Assembly (NCBI GenBank): GCA_013265495.1 | Contig: MU058781.1 | Location: forward strand, 10,459,009-10,523,008 | From: Vicugna vicugna | Taxonomy: Eukaryota | Direction: 5' to 3' | Length of the DNA: 64,000 nt | In this document: in pieces, positions 38,308 through 51,445 of the stretch | How the letters are laid out: the number at the start of each line of letters is the position of its first letter | Position numbering within the stretch: position 1 is the first letter of the stretch | The notes under the pieces: generated by a model | The model's input: only the letters and a program-made list of their open reading frames with translations | Databases searched by the model: none | What the model was told of the DNA's origin: nothing | Program-made: the position numbers and the translations under genes

Positions 38308-38851
38308 TATCGGAATGTCTTTAACTATTTGCTAGTCACTCTTCTAAAGCATCCACATTCATTTGCTTATTTAGTCTCAAAAACTATGTAAATTTTCGTT
38401 GTTTTGTTTTACAAATGAAGAATTGTTTTATCTCTTTTAGAGATGGAAAAAAAACCAAAACAAACCCAGAGTCCCAGAGGCATATAACTTGCCCAGCATC
38501 AGACAAAAAGTTACATATGAAAGAGTAAAAATTAATAAAAACAACCTAGTAGGCATGGTCCCGTGGAGGGAAATAAAGCGTGATGCTTCCGTTCTAGTAT
38601 TTTCTACTTGGCATTCTCTTGAGCAAGTAACTCTATGAAACAACATTTCCTAACAGTGAGGTCAGGGGTAACAACTTCTCAAAAGTAATTTTAATTAACA
38701 AATTCTTGCCTGTCCAACTCCCTGTGTCTATCTCCTTAGCTGCAGAACCCTGCCCCGAGGTGAAAGCTGCTTTAACAAAGAATGCCAACATGTTGGAGAT
38801 GGTGTGGGATAGAGGTGGAAGGTCAGCAGAAAACATCATCAATTTCTGTAA

Positions 38852-39160
38852 CAGTGCCATCCACTGGAAATACAAATTGAGCCACGTAGGTGATTGTCCA
38901 TTGTCAGCCAGATTGAAAACAGAAATAAGAAGCAGGTAAAGTTCATTGTAATCATATATTTTATTTAATCTGCCATGTAAAAAATGTTATTTTAATATAG
39001 TCAGTGTTAAATTGTATTAAAGAGATACTTAGCATTGTTTATGCTTTGTCCTTGAAATTGATGTATGTTTTTAAGTTATAGCACATTTCATTCTGACTAG
39101 TCACTGTTCCAGTGCTTAGTGACTGTAGGTGATGCCACATATTGGTGCATCGCACAACAT
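38852..39160. mobile_element. MER33-like hAT-Charlie element
   Basis: CAGTGCCATCCACTGGAAATACAAATTGAGCCAC...ATATTTTATTTAA...TAGCACATTTCATTCTGACTAG...CATATTGG. Confidence 0.75.
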
Positions 39161-39329
39161 GGTTCTAAAGACTTTTGAGTGCCTAATTAAAAAAAAAACA
39201 AAAACAAGTTGTATGTAAATAAGGAAGGTAAATCACTAAGTGTGTCTAATATCAAAGGAGTAATCTATAATGTCATTGTTAAAACACTTTACCACTCTAT
39301 TTCCCTCTAAAGTTTGTGCAATTTTGTTG

Positions 39330-40170
39330 TTCATATTTTTCTTTTAAAAACCTTGGGTTAAATTACATAATGTTTTTATTCTGACTTTTTTATTTCAGAA
39401 TTTATTTGAGCATAATTTTATTCCATCAAACACTATGTTAAGAAATGATCTTAATAATTCAATATTCTGTCAGGATTTTTGACCAATTTTTAAAGGAAAA
39501 GTTCTGACCATTGGCATTTGGAATAAATTTTTTATATATCAACAAGGCCTTGATGAAGCCCTGCCTCAAAAATGTTTGTGCTCATATCTGACTAGACACA
39601 CACATTTGTGACCTCCACGATAGGGTCAATTGTACCCCTCAGAAGTGCTCCTTTAGCACTCTGCCCAACTCTAGTGAAATTTAGGAAATATCTTTGCCAC
39701 TTTAAGAGATAATATATTGTTTTCTTTCTTCTAGTTTGTGTTTCTTTAATTACAGATTGGGAGTGTGTGTGTGTGTTTAGAAGTCATTAGTATTTCTTCT
39801 CACACATTTCCTGTTTTTGATCTTGGACAAGTTCTTTATAAATTGAGGGGATCAAATTTTTTTCATTAGATACGTGCAAATATTTCTTAGTTGAAGAAGA
39901 TATTGAGATGATTTTTGGAATTTCCAATTATGTAGATGTATCTACCAATATTTTCCAATTGGCCTACCCTTTCATTTTCAAATTTATAAAGGATTTTTCT
40001 CCCCCAAATTAAATATTAATCTACATTTTCTCCTTGCTGTTTCATGATTTCTTTCTGTGTTTAATGTGTCAACCTGTATGGAAGTTATTTTTTGAGAAAG
40101 TATGTAAGTGAAATGTAACTTTAACTTTTTAAAATTATCAGCTGACTCCACAAAGTACCTTAATATTTGT
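39330..40170 (-). mobile_element. Ancient L1ME fragment
   Basis: TTTGTGTTTCTTTAATTAC, TCATTAGTATTTCTTCT, GTGCAAATATTTCTTAGT, GGAAGTTATTTTTTGAG. Confidence 0.55.
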
Positions 40171-40236
40171 TAATTGCAGAAGCTTTTAGATGCACAGAAT
40201 TAGGTATTTAATCAACTTAAAAAACAGTTATTTTAT

Positions 40237-42158
40237 GCATCCAAAAAATAAAATACCTAGGGATAAATCTGACCAAGGTAGTGAAAGACTTATACACGGA
40301 GAACTACAAAACATTGATTAAGGAAATTAAAGATGATTTAAAGAGATGGAAAGATGTCCCATGTTCTTGGATTGGAAAAATTAATATTGTTAAAATGGCC
40401 ATACTACCCAAAGCAATCTACAGATTTAATGACATCCCTATCAAATTACTCAGGTTATTTTTCATAGAACTAGAACAAATGATTCTAAAATTTATATGGA
40501 ATCACAAAAGACCCAGAATTGCCAAAGCATTACTGAAGAAACAGAATGAAATTGTAGGAATAACCCTCTCAGACTTCAGACAATACTACAGAGATGCAAT
40601 AATCAAAACAGCATGGTATGGTTACAAAAACAGACACATGGAACAACGGAACAGAATAGAGAGCCCAGAAATAAACCCACAAACTTTTGGCAAATTATTC
40701 TTTGACAAAGGAGGCAAGAACATACGATGGAGTAAAGATAGTCTCTTCAGCAAATGGTGTTGGGAAAACTGGACAGCTGCATGTAAATCAGTGAAGTTAG
40801 AATACTCCCTCACATCATACACAAAAATAAACTCAAAATGGCTTAAAGACATAAACACAAGACAAGACACTATAAACCTCTTAGAAGAAAACACAGGCAA
40901 AACATTATCTGACATAAATCTCAGCAATGTTCTCCTAGAGCAGTCTACCCAGGCAATAGAAATAAAACCAAAAAAACCAAAACAAAACAAAACCAAAAAC
41001 CAAAAAAACCAAATGGGACCTAATTAAACTTATAAGCTTTTGCACAGCAAAGGAAACCATAAGCAAAACAAAAGGATGACATAGAGGAATGGGAGAAAAT
41101 ATTTGCAAAACATGAGACTGACAAGGGCTTAATTTCCAGAATATATAAATAGCTCATACAGCTTAATAAGAAAAAAACAAACAACACAATCCAAAAATGG
41201 GCAGAAGACCTAAACAAGCAATTCTCCAGTGAAGACATACAAATGGTCAATAGGCAAATGAGAAAATACTCAATATCACTAATTATCAGAGAAATGCAAA
41301 TCAAAACTACAATGAGGTATCACTTCACACCAGTCAGAATAGCCATCATTCAAAAGTCTCCAAACAATAAATGCCGGAAAGGGTGTGGAGAAAAGGAAAT
41401 TCTCCTACACTGTTGGTGGGAATGTAGTTTGGTGTAGCCATTATGTAAAACAGTATGGAGATTCCTCAAAAGACTAAAAATAGACTTACCATATGCTCCA
41501 GCCATCCCACTCCCAGGCGTATATAAAGAGAGAACCTTAATTCAAAAAGATACATACACCCCAATGTTCATAGTAGCACTATTTACAATAGCCAAGACAT
41601 GGAAACAACCTAAATGTCCATCAACAGGTGACTGGATAAAGAAGTTGTAGTATATTTATACAGTGGAATACTACTCAGCCATAAAAATAATAAAATAATG
41701 CCATTTGCAGCAACATAGAAGGCTCTGGAGATTGTCATTCTAAGTGAAATAAGCCAGAAAGAGAAAGAAAAATACCATATGATATCACTTACATGTGGAA
41801 TCTTAAGGGGAATCTTAAAAAAAAAAAAAGACATACGAACTTAGTTGCAAAACAGAAACAGACTCTCAGACGTAGAGAACTAACTTGTGTTTACCTGGGG
41901 GGAGGGAGGTGTGAGGGGATAAATTGGGTGTTAGAGATTTGGAGATACTAACTGATACATATATAGAATAGATAAGCAAGTTCATGCTGTATAGCGCAGG
42001 GAACTATATTCAATATCTTGCAGTAACTTATGGTGAGAAAGAATATGAAAATGAATATATGTATTTTCATGTAAGACTGAAGCATTTTGCTGTACACCAG
42101 AAATTGACAGAACATTGTAAACTGACTATACTTCAATAAAAATATATATATACAAAAA
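40237..42158 (+). mobile_element. 5'-truncated ~1.9 kb LINE-1 (ORF2 3' half, complete 3' UTR) with TSD
   Basis: ORF 40281-41027 [47 protein letters not shown]; polyA signal AATAAA 42135-42140; TSD AAAAAACAGTTATTTTAT 40219-40236 / AAACCCCAGTTATTTTAT 42159-42176; TT/AAAA target. Confidence 0.97.
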
Positions 42159-45029
42159 AAACCCCAGTTATTTTATTTTCTTATACAGTTTTGAGCTAGG
42201 TTTTGCATAAAGCCAGTGTAATTATTTTCCTAACTCAGTCCCCACTGATGCCAGTAGTGTGAGGTTTAAAATTAATACAGTATTTCCTGGACTTGGTCAG
42301 TGACCCAGCAAGTGGAGAAGCAGGGAGGGAAAGAGACCAGTGATAAGCAAAAGGCTGCCTATTTTTCTTTCTTGTGTGGAAACGTTTCTTCTCTGGTGCC
42401 ATGTCTTTTTTTTTCCCCCCTTTCTTCCCCTGGCACGGCTTCCTTCATACACAGCCAGCCCTGATAAATCATTATGTTTGGCTAAGAATAAACAGCTATG
42501 GCATGTGTAAACCTGTGCTCAATGTCTCTGTAGCCTCCAGGCTTGATGTATCTAGAACCAGAATTACTTTCCTGAGTCCCTTACGGGACCCAGATGTTTC
42601 TCTTCTGAATACTCACTTCCTTGTGTTCCCAAGCCACGGGCTCTTCCTGACATCACACTCCACACAGACACACACCCCTACAACTGGAGCCTTCAAGTGT
42701 CATTGCTCAGAAACACCAGTCACATTCTGTGAGTTTCCTCCTCTTGTTTCCCTGGTACACATGTCCTTCTCAGGAGAAGAGCCATGACCCACTCCTCAAT
42801 TCAACACTGTCTTGACAAAATGGATCCAGCAGAAATGTCTTAAAGTTCTTGGCATTTGGACTTCTCTTTTTTCTTTTCAAAGTTTTTTTTTTCTTTCTAT
42901 GTTTATAGTCAATTGGTCTATTTATTTGGAAATCTGGAAGTAAGCACATTAGATGCCTGCTACACAGTTATATTATTAACAGAAAGATAATATCACTGAC
43001 ATACCAACCATGTCAGTCATGGATAACTGTTTAGCATTCACTTGTGCTCCAAGCATGCATGTCAGAAAACAGTACAGAGCGTGTCCCAAGCACAAATCCA
43101 TCATTGTGTCTGCAGGTGCTCTTTCAAGAGCATTGAAAGGGCCAATACATTTGAAGAGTATCTCACTTGCTGTTAGCAGTATCTTCTTCATAGAGAAGAA
43201 TAGAGCTCATGTATGGAATATCTTGCTTGCATACACAGAAGGCACAGACTTTGTCAGTGTCCATGCATTTTGTGTGTATTTTCTATAAGATGATAGAAAC
43301 TTTCATTTAAAAAGCCCATGGATAGAGTACCATCTGATTTTATTGAGACTATAATGATGAAAAAAAGCCACTTCTTTTGGCGCCATCCCTGGATTTATGC
43401 TGCACACCTCTCTCCCAATAATTGTGCATGCCAGCTGCAAGCCAGTGGCTGCGTGGGATCACTGGCTCCTCCCCACTGCATCTACGAGCAGTCAATCTGA
43501 GAATTACTGAGACTGAACGAAAGCAGAGTGACCGCAAGACTGAGGCCCGTATTGATCTAGGAGAAATAGGATGGAACTGTCAGGTCCAGGCAGAATACAT
43601 CATGCGCCTGGTAGGAGAGTTCTTTCTGCAGAAAAGGGAAAGAATTATTCCCTCCAATGAAACACTTGGGACAAAAGTACACATGCAAAGGAGCCTAACA
43701 GAACCTTGGACATGAAACAGAAATTGCTTTTTTTCCTTTTTCTTTATTATTATTATTATTATTAGTAGTAGTAGTCATTTCTGCCTGGGAAAACATTAGA
43801 CTGAGGTTCCCCATGTCTTGTCTTTCTGAGTTTCCTTCAGTCTGTCTGGGTAATTTTATTTTGTAATCAGCGCATTCACATTGTAAACTCTGGTTGAAAA
43901 GACTTTAGCTGAAACAGAAAGAGGCAGATCTATTTGGTACACATGAAGCCGGCAGTAATTGCATTGGAAAACCCCAAAACACACAAACCAGAACCAGCTG
44001 TAACCAAACATGTATGGAAAGCAGTGCACAGAATTTTCCATGTCCTGCAGCAACGATCTTCTACAAACAGTCCCCAATGTGTCTCAGCTGCTCCATACGC
44101 AGTGGAAAGAAATTAGATAATGCTAAAGACTTACCAGATGGATATTCAATCAGTATTTTTGTGTAAAATTCTCTCCCTACATTGAATATTGAAGAAATGC
44201 TGATGGAGAACTTATAAAATTAATGTCTTTGTTTTCAGCGTTCTTCCCGGTGGCATGAATGTGCAGCACTGAGAATCTAGGGACAAAGTGTGTGCTGTAT
44301 AATTTAACAGGACATGTGAAAATAAGCAGTAAGAACAATTCCCAAAATAGTTGGCCAAAAGCAAACAGAAAGTAGATTATGAGAAAATGCACAAAAGAAG
44401 AATAATTTCAATGTCCTTGATTCAAGATCTGAGATAACAAAATGCCTTTTTAATGAGAAAGACTTCTTGTTTAAATCATTGTCTTCTTGCAGAGTGCTGC
44501 AACTTTCTTAGAACACAGTCATGATATGGCTCTCCAGATCGAGACACCTAACTCTATGGTCCTTATTGCACTAAATCCTCACCTTTCTGTTTCATTGTTA
44601 AGACTCTTTGCAGTCAGACTGGATAAACACATCCCTCTGCTAGCACAGAACTTACCCCTATCAGTCTCCTGTCCAGTGTACACAATGTGCGCTGTTATCC
44701 GGACTCCTAAAAACTGTTTCCCTAGGAATGCCCTATTTTTTCCTTTAATATGTTCAAATTGTGCCCAGACTTGGAAGCCCAGTCTATGCTCAATTTCTTC
44801 CATAGCTACTTCAAACCTCGGTGATCTCCTGCCTGAAGTCTTCTACCACAAGAACAGTACTGGGTTTCATTAAGTAGTAGGTGATTATTTGTTGGCATTG
44901 ACTACTGCTAATGGACATTCACTCTGGGAAAGAAAATAAGTATTAGATTCAAACAAGTTGAATCGGGAGCATTGAATGATAAGCCCTACATTGAAGGACA
45001 TGATTTCTTAGATAATCATAGCGAATAAT

Positions 45030-45160
45030 CAGGATGACAATAGATCCCCATTTGCTCTGCATGGTTTCAGTTTATACCTGTTGTCCTTGTATGTTATGAA
45101 TAGTACCCCTTTAAGCTCAAAGCTGTTTCTATTTGGATGATAAGTAATGTGACTACTTTA
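45030..45160. mobile_element. MER94 hAT MITE
   Basis: AGGATGACAATAGATCCC...GTTTATACCTGTTGTCC...AATAGTACCCCTTT...TTTGGATGATAAG. Confidence 0.7.
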
Positions 45161-46844
45161 TTAAACCCTGTTGAGAACTTATTACATGATGAGTAATATT
45201 TTGAATTCTCTATGAAGTAAATTCTTTGAACAGTACAACAGCCTTGTAAGGTAGTAAAATTATTTTTAATTTCTAAATGAAGATACAGAAGCCCAAGAAT
45301 TATCTTTCAAGTGATCACACAACTTTGGAGGTTAAGGCAACTGGATAGGGCACCAGCTTGAAAATTAGAATAGATTTTGCTGAATTCAAAACATAGTATT
45401 TTTGAGAATAGAAATAAAATTAATGCTAAACACTTATTAAAGGACTTAGAGAGTGCCCACAGAATTTTTCTCAGAGTTAAGCAGATCTAAATATTTAAAT
45501 AAATGACACCCAATGTTTTCTAAACAAAGGCATCTATGATAGTCTGACAGGAAGACCACAAAGACTCAGGAAGAGGGGATTTGAAAGCTGGACCAGAGTA
45601 GATCTAGGTATTATTAAAATAATCCCTAGAGCCCACCAACATAAACTTGCCCTGCTTCTTAATATACTAGAGAGTGTCTTACAGATCTCCAGTATCCTGC
45701 AGGTACTTGATTTAGGGAAGTGTTCAGAATAGGGTAGAAATATAACTACTTCAGAATAATTTATCTTATAAAAAGAAATGTTAATGTCCACACTCTTCTG
45801 GGTGGCTGTTAATTAACCTAAATGAACCTATGGCTATGTGTAAGATAGTAGTGGTGGTAATCCCTCTAGGATGCAGTCATTGGCCCCATTGAATCTACTC
45901 ATGAGATGTGTGCTCATAAGTACTTAATACATTCTTTATGGATGATTTTTGCTACTGAGTAAATTTACATATACCCATATCTATGAATAATCTTGTCATG
46001 TCAAATGAACCTTAGAAAAGAATAAAAGTTCAGTTCAATTTTAATGAGTAGCATTGAAAATGAAATCATTTGTTAAAACAACAGTCTATAATATTTGCTC
46101 CTTTGGGGGATCCCAAGACCATGACTATTCTATCTAAGTTTGCTCTTATCCTTGGGGCCTGTCATTTTCCAGGTCACAATCCTTACTTTATTTACATAAA
46201 ACTCTTAATCTTTGATAATGAGTATGTTCAAAGTTTATGTATGTATCATCATTTCATTTCCTAGAAAGTTTTTCTTTTCTGTCTAGAACGGTCTGTAATT
46301 TGTTGGCTGCGTGCTTTGCTTAGTGCCTTAGGAATAATTTCCATGTTTCTTTTCTTGATGCTGCAAATCTTATCTGTCTTATTTCAGTGCTTTATGTCTA
46401 TCTCTTGTTCTTTGACCTGATAAATCTGTTCTACTTCCAAAGTTGAAATTGACGTAGATTTCAAATTTTTGGCTGTAATTTCTTGAAGAAGAAAAAAATT
46501 GAAAATTGATTCCCTAATGAGAAAAAACATAAATGCCCTTATATTGTCTTTGTAATAGCACAAACATTAAACATGTTTGCTAGAATTTAGGAACACCTTT
46601 AACAGTGTCATCTTAATTAACAATTATTCTCTCTTCTGTGATACATCATAGTTATAAATGGGCATTTATATATGTCAACTCAAGTATTCAATCTAATGAC
46701 ATTTGATATTTATTATTAAGTACCACTGTGTTTATTTTTTAATACATAAAGTAACAATAATGTGCTTGCTCCTTCATCTGTAGATCAGGAAAACAATTTC
46801 TACTTCTTTAGTTTTTTAGTGTGAAGAGATACATACTACTTTGT

Positions 46845-47080
46845 ACTAACCATTATTGCCAAGCCAACATCCAGTATTCCAACTCTCCTGCAGATATCAT
46901 TTCTCATTCACGAAATACATATACTTCAGGGAAAGTGCGCCCCACCCTCAGCACCAGGGGTTTGTTCCTGATTGGTCCAGCTTATTGTGGGTAATGTGGT
47001 ATCCCTGACCAATACTCTAGGTTCAGCTTGATGATATCAACATAGCCATTAGAACTTTTGTTTTATGCTAAGGAAGGAGA
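46845..47080. mobile_element. Old ERVL-type LTR fragment (LTR16/LTR33-like)
   Basis: CCCCACCCTCAGCACCAGGGG...CCTGATTGGTCCAG motif. Confidence 0.4.
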
Positions 47081-47175
47081 TACCTTTGAGATAATTCAAG
47101 ATCACCTAACTTATATACTTGCATTATCTTTACTAATTACTTACAAACACAATATTATAATTTAGGTAGCTAAGA

Positions 47176-47279
47176 TATATATACATATGTATATATATGT
47201 GTGTGTGTGTGTATAATCTATATGTCCCTGTGTGTGTGTGTATGTGTGTGAGTGTGTGTGTGAGTGTGTGTGTGTGTGT
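47176..47279. repeat. Compound (TA)n/(TG)n microsatellite
   Basis: Direct inspection. Confidence 0.95.
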
Positions 47280-47399
47280 ATCCATCCCCAAAGTGGTAAC
47301 AAGATTTCTCCTTAAAATCTACTGCTAAAGGAAGCAAAGCCCATTGAACCTTCAGCATTTTATACCTCATGGTCCCTACTACAGTTACTACAGTTATGT

Positions 47400-48368
47400 T
47401 GCAGTCTTTCTCCAAAAGCACAGTTGACTAGTACAGGAATATAGGACTTTCTGCCTCAGGGAACTTTCTCAACCATAGCACAGGAAGATGGATCCCAAGC
47501 AGAAATCAGGAGCCTAACTAAGGTGACTAAGCAAAGGCTACTTAAGCTAAGCAGGCAGAAATCTGAGTTCTGGACTGTGGAGGTCCATGGAATTTGTAGG
47601 ACATAGTAGCAGAGAAAACGGAACTGTGAGGAAGAGGACAGTGTCTATGTGGTGGTACCCTTTGGGTCTTTGGCTAAGTCCTAGATTAGATTGCAAAGTC
47701 TAACAGAAACTAGAGGCTTTAGGACTGGAAATTGAAATGAAATTCCTGAGGTCACACAGTGCTGGAATATGTTGGAATGTTCAGCCCAGTCAGAGTGAAA
47801 TGCCACACTGAGCTAGAGTTGAGATCCTAGAAAGGCAAAATTTATAAATAAGGATTATTGCCTAGGTTCGTTATCTGTACTACAGAGCTAAAGAAGATAA
47901 AGACAGATGTGGCCAAAGAAGGGATCAAACCCAGCCTGACTGAATCAAGAAAAATCCACTAGTAATTTAACTGTTTGTCAGAGGAAAAGTCAACCCTTAG
48001 AGAGGAAGACAACATAATCCAGATTTCTTATAATTTAATGTCTACAACGTCTAGCATAAAACAAAAACATGACTTGCAATGTTAAAAAGCTGGAAAATAC
48101 GACCACTAATCAAGACAAAACGCATTTAATAAAAACAGATCCCAGGATGACCCAGACTTTGGAATTAATAAACAAATACTACAAAATAACTATTATAGAT
48201 ATATTCAAGGATTTAAAGAAAAAGGTGAACATAAGTGAACAAATGATGATCTCATCAGAGAACTGGAAACTAAAAAAGAACCAAATTAAAATTCTAGGAC
48301 TGGAGAATATATAATATCTGAAATAAAAAATTCCTTGAATAGGTTTAATATAAAATTAGAAATAACAC
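47400..48368 (+). mobile_element. Ancient L1M 5' region/ORF1 start
   Basis: ORF 48069-48314 TDPRMTQTLEL..KITIIDIFKDLK...KKNQIKILGLEN resembles old L1 ORF1p N-terminus; 5' boundary uncertain. Confidence 0.75.
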
Positions 48369-48579
48369 AATTAACACTCTGACAATTGAATTTTATAGAA
48401 GTTAGTGTTTATTATGTTAAGCTCAAAGTAAGATCCTACTAGAGACATCAGGCTGGGGATGTTCTGTGAGCGTGGCTTTGTAAATTGTGTCACTTCCTCA
48501 TGAGAGGTGTTCTTAGATAGGGGAAAGTGGTATTTGTCTATTGGGGGTACCAACTGAGTGCCACTCACTACACACAGGG

Positions 48580-49150
48580 TGCCCTGGCTTTCTTTCCATC
48601 TTACACATCAAATTCTTTCAGAATGTGCCTAACTGTTTCACCCTAACATCTTTGAACTAACAAGCCACTCAGAAGTGGTTGCTTCCTTAGTTTTGTCTGG
48701 CACTCTTGTTACCATTCATCTGTCAGTTAAACATCACCCCTGTACAGTGCTCTCCTGACACTCTGTCCAAAATGGCAGTTTCCCACCCACTCCCCCATAA
48801 TCTTTCTCTCTTTCAAATTGCCCTTTCTATTTCCTTTATAGAACCTTGGAACATTTAGTTCCCTTTATAGAATGTCACCCTGACCAAGAGACCTTCCAGG
48901 GTGACCCTAACAAGAGCAGCCTCCAGTTACTGGGATCAGACTATTTTATATTCTATAGAATCAATCAATTCTAGAAGATATTTATGTATTTCTCTTTTTG
49001 TTTTTCTTTCTATTGCAATCTAGAGTCTCTAAGAGACATCGTTTTACTTTTTCTTTTCCTTTTTAAATTAATGTATACTCAGTGCATTGAACAGTACCTA
49101 ACATGTTGAAGATACAAAACTAATACCTTTTGAACGAGTGGATGAATACA
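48580..49150 (+). mobile_element. L2 LINE 3' fragment(s)
   Basis: TCAGTTAAACATCACCCC, CAGTGCATTGAACAGTACCTAACATG, ends TGAACGAGTGGATGAAT. Confidence 0.6.
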
Positions 49151-51397
49151 TGTGACATATGCTATTAAGTATGAGAAATATAAAGTTGAAAGAGAAAATT
49201 GGAAGTCTGGCTAGGTAGTGTAATATTTGTATCTTTTTAAAACCTTTACTCAAAAAAAAAAAAATTGTATTAGCTGCCATTGTCCCCAAGGTGCGGTTCT
49301 TCAGGAATAGTATTTTATAAAAGACCTCTCTGAAGGTGAAAGACACCAGGATTGGGAGCATCATTAATAGCAAATAACTTGATGCAAGTTAATTGGCACA
49401 AACAGAAACTTATCAATCACCTAAAACGGTTTGTGCATGGTTTCACAGGAGGCGAAAATAGCCAAAAGGGAACATAGGAAAATACCCAAGACCAAAGCTT
49501 CATAATTTTTCCCAGGGCTACTCGTGAATGAGAGTATATTTAAACCCAGTGACATTAGAGTTTTATTGAAACAACTAAACCCTTTTCCCCTCAATCCTTA
49601 AAACTACTGTATTATGCAATGACAGTTTCTTAAAATGAAAAAAGATCAATCCCACAAATTTTTAAAAAAATCAATTATCCAATGGGAAGGAGATGGATTA
49701 CCATTGATTGCATCCTGCCTGTGTTAGAGATGATGGATGACCGCAGTCATGGCATTGATCTCTGGGAACGGGCTCACACGGGTCTTGCATGGCTTATTAC
49801 GGGGCCACCCACTCAGAGGATGCACAGATACACAACAATGCCACGTTTTACATTCTAGCAGAGTCTTCCAGCTATTCTTTTGTTCATATAACTTTGACAA
49901 TGTCCCTAACTTCAAGCACTGCCACTCATCTTAAAAACTTTGTTTAGATCCTGTGACTGGAAAGAGCAGACAGATGCAGTAACAGGAGAGGGCGGCCATA
50001 TGAATGATCTACTGACAGTCACAGTAGTCTGTTCCTAAGGGAAGGGCCTGAGAGCTCATCTTGTAACTCATTTTCACATTTTCAAATAACCAGAGAATGT
50101 GTGAAATATTAGAGGTTTATTCCAACCTGCAGCATTTCAGGATGATAAATATTTCCAGTTCAGTTTCAATTTATATCCTCTGTGAAAGACTACATACAGA
50201 ATTTTTTTCCCCACCAGTAGTGACTTGTGATTTAGGGGGAATGCATTGCGACCTCAAGAAGACTATTTTTATTTAAATTTATTTCAGTTGTACATTCTTT
50301 CTTGAAAGGCATCTCACCTACTGTTCCAAGAATCACATGAAGTCAGGACTGGTAACCAGAGCCATTTCAGATTCTACAATGCACGTACTGTCCCTCTGAC
50401 TGTTTACCAGATGCAGCCGTTCAGCTCCACTGCCACCTCCTTGTCTCACTGACTTACTGGCTGATGGACAAAGCTGCCAAATAGACATTTATAGGGATGC
50501 TTGTTGGAAACATGGTAGCCATTGTGATGCCAATTAAACAGGACAAATGCCGCCTTATCCTCATCACCATAATATGTGTGCTGCTTTATACACAAAATAA
50601 ACAGGAAAAAATGTTGACGAGGCAGCAAAGCAAAAGAAGTAGGAACTATGTCTCTGTCTCTGTGATGCATTAACCTAAGTCAGTGCGACTGCTTAGCCAC
50701 TATCAGTTTTTAAATCTTATTTTACTTTTTGGTAGATGTTGGTAAACTCCAAGGTTAAGAGAAAGAGAGCAGTACTGTGTATTTTTTTTTAAAAAGGAGC
50801 TCTCATTACAAATTTTACCAAATGCAGTAACATTTATTGGTAAATAGGTACAGAGGAATCAAACACACTAGTCTGTACTTTGGGGAAGCCTTTGCCTTCA
50901 GCATCTGGAACTGCTCCCTGAGTGAACGGCCAGTCCTCAGACACAACAATAACAGCTAAGAATAACTAATAATTGGCTGGTGGAGATTAATGTTAACTAG
51001 CACATATATTTAAGACATGTATTTCACATTTATTGATAGTAACATATTTAGTAACATATATAAACAACACTAAATTATTTTAATATAAATGACCAGATAG
51101 ACATAATAGCTCCTGGTTGACATTTTTCATTTGGGGGCATAGTTTGACAACATAGCCAAAAGTTACCATCTATCTTGTGAGAAGCATACTAAAATGAAAA
51201 TAAATAGAAATAAACTTCTCAAGACTCTGGGACAGTCTTCTACATTTTCTCTGTGTGACAGTGGAAATGCACTTTACTGTTTTCTGAGACTTCACAGAAT
51301 TAACCTTGAATTATAACATGGGGAAACAAAATGTAGAACACAATTCTAGTGTCAGTGATTATTGGGAACTAGGACCTGAAAGTAGATGAATTTGATA

Positions 51398-51445
<48 letters not shown>
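51398..51445. repeat. (TAT)16 microsatellite
   Basis: Direct inspection, uninterrupted. Confidence 0.97.

Noticed and set aside
40281..41027. 248-aa RT-related ORF as a novel reverse-transcriptase system
   Set aside because: Ordinary 5'-truncated, frameshifted LINE-1 ORF2 with TSD
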